A stretch of 64,000 nt of DNA from positions 310,001 through 374,000 of the forward strand of contig JAPETS010000007.1 in assembly GCA_026023565.1 (NCBI GenBank), written 5' to 3'. This document shows, piece by piece, positions 48,659 through 59,744 of this stretch. Every line of letters starts with the position of its first letter. Position 1 is the first letter of the stretch. The translations under genes were made by a program, and so were the position numbers. The notes under the pieces are model-generated. The model worked only from the letters and a program-made list of their open reading frames with translations, had not been told where the DNA came from and ran no database searches. Source of the DNA: Cirrosporium novae-zelandiae (taxonomy: Eukaryota).

Positions 48659-51600
48659 ATTGTTTCTTCTCCAAAAAAATTTAATTTTAAATCTTTATAT
48701 AGGATAACTATTTTTATTATCGTATATATAATAAACTATTTTTTACGATACGTATAAAAAAATCTAACTAAATTTATAATTTACTAAACAGAATCTGTAA
48801 TATATAAATCCCCGGGTATTATATTAATATATAATTACAATAATAAAATAGAAATAAAAAATAATAATAATAATAATATCAAATTATTATATTAATAAAT
48901 AATATAAATTAAATAATAATAAATATTACGAAAAACGTAAATCTCGTAATCTAATATATTATAGCACTAATATTATTATTATATATTTTATTTATATTTA
49001 AATAATAAATTTTTTTTATAATTTTTTTTTATATTTTTTTTAATTTTTTATTTTTTATTTATTTTATATTTATTTTATTTATAATTTTTAATTACGTTTT
49101 TTATTTTTTATTTTTAATTATTATTTTATTTTTTAGTATTTTATTTTATAATAATAACTCCCCGTTTTTCTATTATTCGTGAATCTATCGCAAATAAAGC
49201 GCCAGCTATTTTTTAGAAAAAAACTGGTTCTATTATTAGAAATAAGGGTGGCGATTTATTTCGCCGTTCTAACAATTTTTTTGGTTTTTTCTATTATATT
49301 ACTAAATCGAGCCGCAGGCGAATATACTGTTAATATCAGAAATATATCCGTTATATAATTCAGAATAATAAAAATAATAGGCCAAATCTAATATATATAA
49401 TCAAACCGGATTATCGGAAATATAATTATTATATAAAATTAAAATACGTTTATATTTCGGTAAATATTTTTATATTTTTCGTATATTTATTATAATAATA
49501 ACGTTTATTTAAATTTTTATTTTTTTAAAAAATACCGTTTTTAATTTTCGATTAGAATCGATTCGGTATTTAACGGATTTAATAAATAAAATTTTAGAAT
49601 TATTTATTAAATACGTTTATACGTTAGATTTTAATATATAGAACGTTTCTAAAATTGGAGCAATAATAATAAATATTCTAAAACGATCGCGCGTTTTTTT
49701 TATAATTCCTGCTAGTTCCTTTATTCCTTTTTTAGAGAATACTATTTTGGCCGAATTTATTTATACAGTCCGCGTAGGTGTCAATATATATTATATAATA
49801 ATAAATATATTTTTTTTCTATTATATTTATATTTCTAATATTTATAATATAATTTTTTTTCTTTTATTTAATTTAAATAAAATTAGACTGAGGATATTTA
49901 ATGATTTTTTATATATTTCCGCGGCGGTTTTTCTATTATTTCTATTTTTATTTCTATTTAATAAAATTTTTTTCGTAATAATAAAATTATAAAAAATATA
50001 AATAAAAAAAAAATTAGAATTTTAATATATTTTATATAAATAATAATAATAAAAATAATAAAAATAATAATCGATTTACTAAAAAATTTTTTAATAAAAA
50101 AAACGTAAAAAAAAACGATAATTATAATAAAAATAATAGATTAAATAATTTTAAATAAATAATATATTTCGGGTTTTTATATTTCTATTATATAACTGCG
50201 GTTTTTTTATAAATATTCCGTTTTTATTATATATTTTATTTTCGATAGAAATATTATTTTATTTTTTATAATTTTTTTTAAATTTGTTTTTTTTTTTTGT
50301 ATTTTTTAATATTTTTTTAGGAATATTTAAGATTTTTTTCCGATTACTAATTATTTTATTCCTCGTCCTATCCTTTCTATTTTATTAAAAATTCTCGTAT
50401 TCTTTTATAAACGCGTTCGTCTAATATATATTCTATAATATATTTTTTTTTATTTTCTATTTCTATAGGTCCCGGAAAAAATTTATTATTTTTTCGGTGA
50501 TATAATTTTAATAATAATATATAAAATATTTTATAAATACGATTATATATAAATAATAATTATAAATTATATATATTTTATTTTATAATATTAATTATTT
50601 TAAATAAATCTATAAATTTATTACTAAATTTTTTATTTAATTTACGTAAATAAAAATACTACGTCGATAATAATATTTCATTTTTAATATTATACGATTT
50701 TTATTTATATTTTCGGTCGTAATATTTTTTTGCCGTATTTTATATGCGTTTCTAGAATTTCTTATTTTTTTCGGATTATAAACGTTCCGCAAATTTTTTC
50801 GTTACTAGTATTTTTTTTTTAGAAATATCGTTCTCGATATTTATACGTAAATTTGATTTGAATTTATAATATCGATTAAATAAAATTATTTCTGTTTAAA
50901 TATTTATATTATTATTATACGTATATTATACGTTTACGAATAATTTAATCCAATTATTCTGGCTTTTATTTATATAATATTTCAGATATATTTCTAGATT
51001 TTGATTTTGTTTTTCAGTCTGTCCGTCTATTTAAAAATAAAAGATTATAGATAATCTGCGTTTCGTATATATATAATAATAGAATATTATTTATTATATA
51101 AAAATAAATAGATTTTTTTAATCCGATATAATTAATTATAATATTCTAAAATTAAATATTATATAATCGTATATAATTTTTATTAAATTAATTACACTCG
51201 TTTTTATTATATAAAAAATATATTTAAATATTTTAGAATATCAGTTTACGATAATTAATATAATATTATAGATTTTTTTTCTGCGTTTCGTAAATAATAA
51301 TTTAATAATAAAATCTATATTTATATTTTTCTATAATTTTTTCGGTTTTAGAAATAGAGTAAATAAATTATATAATTTATATTTTAAGATTTTTATATAT
51401 TAATAAATATTATATATATATATATTCGCGTATATATTTAAATAATAATAATTATTAATAATACCGTTTAATTAATTCTATTATTTTATTATATTTTAAA
51501 TAATTTTTTTATTAAAAATTATTATAATTTATTTATATAATTTTTTTTATATAGCGGGATCGTAAGAAATATACGCCGCGCCGTCGTATCGTATTAAATT

Positions 51601-54600
51601 CGTATCGTTTATATTCTATTTATTTTTTAGGATTTTTTTTTGGAATTATCTATCTAGGAACAATTCCTAGATTTTATTTCTGTATCAGGCGTCCCCGCTC
51701 TGCAAAAATATTAAATAATTAATAAACGTATCTGATATATTATTATTATAGGGTAATATTTTTCCGCGTATTTCTTATATGTGTTTACGAACGGACCACG
51801 TAATTAATTTTTCTATAAATTTTGAAATATCTATCTCTGCTTTTTTATTATATTCAAACGTATTATTTATATTATTTATAATCTCTATAATAGATCTAAA
51901 AAAATTATTATTTATATTTTTTATTTTAATATTTTAATATTTAATTTTTTAATTTTAATTTTTTTAATTTTTCGGTTTTTTATTATAATTACGATAATTG
52001 TTTTTTTTTATTAAATTATCGATATTTTTTATATATTACGTATAATTCTTTTTTTATTTCAGTTTTTATTATAAAATTAGAAATAATTATTTATTTTTTA
52101 ATTTTCTAATATTATAATCCGGTTTTCGAAATAATTTATTTATTAGATTTAATTTCTTTTATCGGAAAATAATTTCGAAATTATAAATAACGAGATTTTT
52201 AATTTAATATATTTATCGTCTATTTAATTTTTTCGTTATTATAAAATAATACAGATTATTATAATTATTTAATATTTATATTATATATAATATTTTTTTA
52301 AAATAATATTTTTATTTTTTAAAAATTTTTATAATTATTATTAATTTTATATTATAAATATTATAATTCAATTCCGCGGCAATTAATTTCCGAGATTAGA
52401 ATATAATCGGATATTATTCGCCTCGTATATTCTTTCTATATAAAATAAATAATTGAGATAAAATAATTATAATTCTAAATCCCGAAATATTTATTTTTAT
52501 TTAAATATATAATTCTGGATCAAAATATTATAATATAAAAGCCGTCGTGAAATATTTAATTAATTTCTTAAACGTATACTCTGTTTTTTTAAATTATTTA
52601 AATAATTCTATTTTTTTATTTTTTTATATTTTTTTTAGTAGCCTAGTCAGTGGTATTATTATATTAAAATATTTAAAAATAAATTTCTTATAAAAATTCG
52701 TAAATTCTAAAAAAATCTAAACGTTTCGATAATTTATTAATTTAAATTAATTCTAGATTATTTTTATTTTATTTAATTTTATCGAAATATTTTACGTTCT
52801 AATAACGAATTTTAAAAAATAAATTTTTATTTAAAAAAATTTATATTTAAATAATTTTATATATAATCTATATTTTTTTAGATATTCTAATATTTATTAT
52901 ATATAAATCGTATAATCCTCGTTTAATCTATTAAAAATTAACACGTCGTTTATATACGCGATATATATAATATTTAGTAATTTTTTTAAAACTTTATTAA
53001 TATATATTTGAAATATAATAGGGGTGTTAATTAATCCAAATAATATAATTAAATATTTAAAATATTTATAACGTATACGAAAAACAGTTTTTTATTCGTC
53101 GCCCCGTTTTATACGGATCCGATAATATATATTTTTTATATTTAATTTAATAAATATAATTATTTCTGATAATCTATCAATAATTTTTTTAATTAAAAAT
53201 AATAAATAACGATTTTTAATTATTATTTTATTAAATTTTTTATAATTAACGTATAAATATAAATTATTATTTTTTTTTTTTACGAATAAAATAAAAATTT
53301 TTTTTAATAATTTTAATTTCTGAATCCAGTTTTTTTTTAGATTATTATCGATATATTAATATAATATACGTAATTCAGTCGTTAATAATATATAAATCGA
53401 TTTATACGATATTTCTATTTTTTTCTGAATATCGATTTTATATATTGTTTTAATTTATATTAGAAAATCTTGATTAATATTTTTTATAAATACGTTTTAG
53501 AATTCTAAATATTTTAAAAAAAAAATTATATTACTTATTTCGGTCGTATATAATTTTATATTAAAATAATTATTATACGTTTCTCGTACGTATTATATAT
53601 CCGAAATAAAATATATATATACGGTATATATTAGAATTTAATATTTTAATTTTTTTTTTTTTTTTTTAATAATAATTTTTATAAAATTTGTAATCGTTAA
53701 TATAATTAATATCGATTTTAAATAATTTTTTTTTTTTCGTTTTTACCGATAAATAAATAAAATTTTTTTAAATTATAAATATTTTAAAATAATATCGTAT
53801 TCTCGAATATCAATAATTAAAAAAATTTATTAATATTTTTTATTTAAATCCTATATATTTATAATATAAATACGAATAGAATATTAATTATAAATTAGAA
53901 TAATATATTTATTCATTATATAAATTTTAATTTTTTTATTTATAATAAGAAATTCTTGTTCTATAATAAATTTTTGAAAAATAAAATTTTTTTAAATTTT
54001 AATATTAATTAATATTATTATTTTATATATTTTTTATTTAAAACGTAGAATAATAATAATAATTATTATTCGAATACGTTTAATTTTTTTAAAATTTTTA
54101 TCGAATACTACGGAAATTATTATAATATTTTTTAAAAATTTTTTAATTTTTCGATATTAATTTTTTTTTAAAAATTTTATAAAATTTAGTACGATATCCC
54201 TATTCTTAATAATTAAAATCTATTCTTTTAATTATTTTTGAATAATAAAAATAATTTATTATTTTTTTTTTTTAAATTTCGGGATCGGTTTCCGGTCGCT
54301 GCGATTATTTCTCGTATACGATATTTTTAAAATATTAATTTGGATTATAATTTTTTTTTTAATATTTTTTCGAATCGTTAAATAATTATAATAATATATT
54401 TTTTATTCGTTATTTTATAATTTTTTCGTATAATTTTATTACGTAATTTAAATTTTAATTTTATTATTAAATTAAATATTTTTTTTAAATCGTTTCCACG
54501 ATTATTTACTGGTATATTTTTCTCGATTTTTTTAAAATAATAGGCAAATTTTCTGATATTTTAATTCGGAAACTATTTCGTTTCGTTATACCTCAAAATT

Positions 54601-55372
54601 GCGTTTAGTCTGCGATTCGCAGGATCTTTGATAATATTACGAGCCTACTACAAATATTCTTCCCAAATTATATTTTTATTAGGGAAACGATACCACTCCT
54701 CGCGAGCCAATTCAGTAAGGAACGTGGCTGCGTATACCACGCGTTTCGTATTAATATTTAGGTACGGGGCCGTATTCAAATATATCTGTTAATCTAATAT
54801 ATAATTATACAGCTTTTTTTCGTTTTTACCGTTATACGTTAGCGGTGTTTTAAATCTGTACGGGTTTGGATAAGCCGTATTCTATATATTATCGGTAGAA
54901 CGGTAACGTTTATACGTATTAACGGTATTTTCGTTTTATACGTTTTAAATATCGTCGTTACGATCGATATATTATTATATCGTAAAAATTTTATTTTTAA
55001 AACGTTTTATTTTTAATATTTCGATTAATTTATTATACCGTTGTCTCAATTATTTAGGCGTTATATTTAAAATCGATAATATATTTAGTATTTCTAACGT
55101 ATTTATTTTTTCTATACGAATTTTTTACGCAATCGTTAATTCCGGCTGCGTAATTAATAATTTTTGGGATACGATCAATAATTTTATTTATTCCGGTTTA
55201 ATTATTCGGGCTAATATTTTATTTCGACGTAGAAATATCGTTTAAATCTTAATTACGATATATAATCGTAACGAAATCGATTTTATAATTTTTTTTAAAA
55301 ATAAAAAATAATTATTAATAATATTCAATTATTTTTTTATTATTTTATCGAACGATTTTCTATTAATAAAAT

Positions 55373-55384
55373 CAGCGTTCGATT
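55373..55384 (-). promoter_or_regulatory. self-priming primer-binding site (Tf1/sushi type)
   Basis: AATCGAACGCTG, 2 nt inside the 5' LTR boundary, is perfectly complementary to LTR sequence CAGCGTTCGATT located ~30 nt after the LTR TATA. Confidence 0.8.
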
Positions 55385-55386
55385 AT

Positions 55387-55639
55387 TATAAAAATAGCGT
55401 TTAATATAAATAATATAATAGATTAATAAAATAATAAAATATATAATTAATAAATATAATATATTATTTATATATAAAACGCAAATAATAATAATAATTT
55501 TCGAAATATTTTTTTTATAGATACAAAAATCGAACGCTGTTTTAATGAATCAAGCAGCGTTCTTCTATATAAAGGTTTGGCCACGCGCCAAGCCTCGCCT
55601 ATGCGCCTACGAAGCGCATATGCTTGGCACGCCGTTACA
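55387..55639 (-). repeat. 5' LTR of the gypsy element
   Basis: Outer ~75 bp identical to the solo LTR; inner half heavily mutated. Confidence 0.92.
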
Positions 55640-56065
55640 GTATAACGGAACCTAATTTGGGGCGCTCCGTATATTATAGTAGTGGGACCCCTGTAGGATA
55701 ACGGGGGTGATCCGATATTATTTCCGATTAAAATATCATCCGACGCAGTAGAAATATATCCGGGGGATATTATTATTTAAACCCGGAAAAACTAATAAAA
55801 TATTGATTAAAAATTATAGAATAATAAATTTATTATATTATTTAAATAAAATAATCGAAAAAATTATAATTAACGCGTTAACGGATATATACGAAAATCT
55901 AAATAAATTATACGAAAATTAATTTAAATCGAAATATAATCGAAACGTAATCGATATATTTACGTATTTAATATATTAAATAAAAAAAAATTTAATCAAA
56001 AATAAATAATTTATATTTTATTTATAAACGTTAAAAAAATATTTAATTATATATTACGATTTAAA

Positions 56066-57065
56066 TTAATATAACACCTGAAATAATTAAAAATCGATAA
56101 AAATATTATTAAATAAATAATTAGTTTTATAATTTAATAAAATATCGAATTAATAATCGACGAAAAAATATAATCCCGAATTAATATAAAAACGGGGGTA
56201 TTATAAAAATTATCCGTATCCTTAATATTATTCCTAATATATTGTAGCGGGCTATTCGCAGCCGTAAAACAGGCGGTTTTTAGGGTCAAAGCCTTATTAT
56301 TCGTAGACGACGTAAATTTCTCGACCACCTATATAAATAATAAATAAGCCCGGAAAACTATCTAACAAATAATAAAAACGGCGGTCCAATAAAAAAAAAT
56401 AAACTAGAATTCGACGCCTAAAAAATTGAAATTATAGTTTTTTTTAGATTACGTAAACACTAAATTTAAATAAATATTAAACCGAAAATTAGAATCGACA
56501 ATTATTTAATCGAATATAAAAAAAATTACGTACGGTAATTAAACGTATAATTAAACCCGAAATTTTGATACAACGCCTGAAGCAGCTAAAAATCGATGGG
56601 GATATTATTAGGTGGGTAGCCAGTTTTATAGCCCAACGAAGTATCGAACTGGTGATCGACGGAGAGATAAAACCCCGAATCAGTATAGAAACGGGGGTGC
56701 CGTAAGGGTCACCCGTATCCCCAATATTATTCCTAATATATTGCAGCGGGCTATTCGCAGCCGTAGAGCAGGCGGTCCTTGGGGTCAAAGCCCTATTATT
56801 CGTGGACGACGTGAGCTTCTCGACCATTTATATAAATAATAAACAAGCCCGGAAAATTATCTAATAAATAATAAAAACGGCGGTCTAATAAAAAAAAAAA
56901 AATAAACTAAAATTTAATATTTAAAAAATTAAAATTATAATTTTTTTTAAATTATATAAATATTAAATTTAAATAAATATTAAATCGAAAATTAAAATCG
57001 ATAATTATTTAATCGAATATAAAAAAAATTACGTACGATAATTAAATATATAATTAAATCCGAAA
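56066..57065 (+). repeat. ~499-bp tandem duplication of the LINE RT core in copy C
   Basis: AAATCGAT anchors at 56091 and 56590; the GSPVSP/FVDD region appears twice, whereas it is single in copies A and B. Confidence 0.88.
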
Positions 57066-59744
57066 TTTAATTTTTAAATTTATTACGTCTAGCGATTAAT
57101 TAAAATCCGACGTACGGAAAATATAATTAAATATATATATTACCGAAACGGATTATTTATAAAATTTATATATTAAATAATTATAACGATTATAATATTA
57201 ATTTATATATATAAATATAAAATTTAATAAAAAAAATAAATCGATTATTAAATAAAATTTCAAAAATTATTAAATAAATTTATTAAATTAATAACGGGAA
57301 TTTATAAAATAATTTTAATAATAACGATTATATAAAAAATTTATATATATCCCGTAAACGTAATATTAAATATCGTATAAAAAAAATATAGATTTCGGTA
57401 TTTTTAAAAAATCGAAAAAAATTTAACGAATTTAATATTATCGATAATATTTAAAATAAAAAACGTAAATATTTAATTAAAAAAATAATTATTAAAAAAT
57501 TTTTAATAAATTTAAAAAATTAAAAAAAATATATTAAATTAATATTTAATTATAACGATAATTTAAAAAATAATAAATCCGAATTTTAAAATCGAAAAAA
57601 TTTAAATAACCGAAAAAAATAATAATATTTTTAACGAAACGTTAACGTAGAATTAAAAAAATATATATTAATCGAATAGATTTAAATTAAAAAACCGTAA
57701 AATAAAAACGGGAATAATTTAAAAAATAATTAAAAAATTTTTATAAATAATATAAAAATATTATTTAAATTAAAATAAAAAAATATTCGATATAAAATTT
57801 TAAAAAATATAAACGATTTTATAAATAACGATTAAAACGTATATAAATAATTATAAAATTTTTAAAAAAAAAATAATAATATTATTTAATCCGTAAACGA
57901 TTATTAAACGGATCGAAAAAAAAAAATTAAAAAAAAATTAAATAATCGTATAAAAAATATATAAATATATTAAATATTTAATCGATTAAAAAACGAAAAT
58001 CGTTATTAAATAAATTTTAAAATATTATAAAATATTAAAAAACGAAATAATAAATTAAACGATTAAAATAAACGCGACGTTAAAAAATAATAAAACGGCC
58101 GAATAAATTTCGTTAATTTATATAATCCGTAATATAATAAAAAAACGGATTATAAAAACGTATAATTAATTATATAATTAAAAAATAAAAAAATCGTCCG
58201 ATAAATTTTATTAAATATATCCGAAATATAAAAAAAATCGGATATTAAAATATATATTTAAAAAATTAATAAATAGATTTTATTAAATAAAAACGGGGTA
58301 CGCCGTTACCGGAAAATATATATCGTATAAAAATTATTATTATCCCGGAATATTAATAATACGGGGCCCCGTATCAAAACGTTTTTTATTTAATATTAAT
58401 ATATCCGCGCTGGAGAACGGTTAAAACCCAATTACGGGAAATAATAGAAAAACGGGGGGACCAATAATTTAGTATAGCCGAAAAAGAAAAACTAATATTT
58501 GTATTAAAAAACCGAAGATTTTTTAAAAATTAGATACGTTTTTTAAATAATACGGAGATAGGGAAGCCCCAGTCCTGGGCCAGACACGAAACGGAAAATC
58601 GTGAGGCGTACCTGGATTAGGGGTGGGTAGAACCCGGACACGGGGGGGAAAACGATCTAGAGACAGGTATTGGGTAAGAGCTGGGCCCGTAGTAGAAACG
58701 TGGGGTGAGCGCATGCGTGAGCAAGGACTGAAAAAAAAAAAATCGAAAATAGGTGCGAGTGGGCCTATTTATAGGTTACGAACACCGAAATAGCGCTAAA
58801 AGACTATCCGGTTAGATAAGTTAGGTGATTCTAGGAAACCCAAAAAAAGGGGGAAGCTATATAGCCGAACTAGGGGGATAACCCCCACCACCACAGTTAA
58901 AAATAAGCCCGAAAGGGGATACAAAGGGGCCTAAAAGCCCCCGAGTAGAGTCCGTCATAGCTTCTAAGTGATATATGGACATAAAACAATGAATAATCAT
59001 CATCATTTACGGCTCGTAATTACAATCGACCATACGTACCCTATATTTAAACGTTACGATTTTATTTATTATATTTATTTATTATATTTATTTATTTGGT
59101 TACGAATAATATTTTTATCTACGATTATATATACAGTAATAATGAGGTTGAAAAAACCAACTTTAATAAATAAAGGAGGCTGTGGTTTCTGTTAAAGATC
59201 TCGGAAAATGCCGTACCAAGACTAGATAGTATAACTAGAATATTTTGGATAAATTTAATAAAGAACCATACACAAAATCACACATTAACTTAAATGACAC
59301 CTGTGTGTTGTAAAGCAATGGAGCCGTCACTTTCGAAAGTCTTTACTTTCTTAATCGCTCGTGGGCCTAGCACTTTCGTGGCTTTCTCCTCCATTTTCAT
59401 CTCCCATCACTATTCTGTAAATCACGCCTACTGAGTACATAGTCTTCATGCTCATCAAGGCCCTCGATGTTGTCAATATTACTTCCCTTCTACTTTTTGC
59501 TCGCAAGCCGAGCTTAGTCTTAGTACATATCTTCGCAATCCATCTACAGTCGACTTACATGGTCCTCTCATCCGTCTCATAGTAGCCTCCACCTATTACA
59601 ACTTACCTAAGATTAACTTTCGGACGCAAGACAGTCTCGTGGTGGAGTCTCAAGCACAGATTCTACGTTCTTCAGATCTCAACAAGTATAGACTGTGCTC
59701 AATATTTTACTTTTATTGGGTCTTTATCCGAAAAGAACTCGAAT

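Larger units (their letters stand above)
48406..55639 (-). mobile_element. Ty3/gypsy chromovirus LTR retrotransposon (7.2 kb), inactivated by transitions
   Basis: TSD GTATA at 48401-48405 and 55640-55644; PPT-like GGAGAAGAAAC next to the left (3') LTR. Minus-strand relics in gypsy order: RT RIRIKRGDE*KT.FR.RY..F.Y....FGL.N.P..FQ (~53130-53010) and AYI(N/D)DVLIF (~52950); RNase H SRKL.AAELNY (~52390); integrase TDGQTE (~51020); chromodomain EFL.K*KG*DEE*N.* (~50395-50340). Confidence 0.93.
39602..59006 (+). mobile_element. Tad1-like LINE copy C in three pieces (39602-39986, 46486-48405, 55645-59006), interrupted by LINE B and the gypsy element
   Basis: The pieces are colinear with copy B once the inserts are removed. 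RT at ~56575-56820 reads ETGVP*GSPVSPILFLIY...FVDDV; a C-terminal Zn-finger relic lies at ~58340-58410; the 3' tail is AATAATCATCATCAT. Confidence 0.9.
32200..59200. other. ~27 kb AT-rich RIP-like hypermutated retrotransposon nest
   Basis: Abrupt shift to near-pure A/T with residual C/G mostly in CpG. Aligned copies differ almost entirely by C/T and G/A transitions. Confidence 0.95.

Noticed and set aside
32190..59030. TSD bracketing the whole nest (TAATTACA on both sides)
   Set aside because: Only 8 AT-rich bases match and they are not flush with the element ends.
32200..59200. Short I/N/K/F/Y-rich ORFs in the ORF track (e.g. 38376-38573, 43981-44244, 49747-49992, 56134-56328)
   Set aside because: These are chance or antisense frames in mutated transposon DNA, not genes.
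32200..59200. Mitochondrial insertion (NUMT) or foreign AT-rich DNA
   Set aside because: The block resolves into LINE and gypsy relics with TSDs, and no mitochondrial gene motifs were seen.
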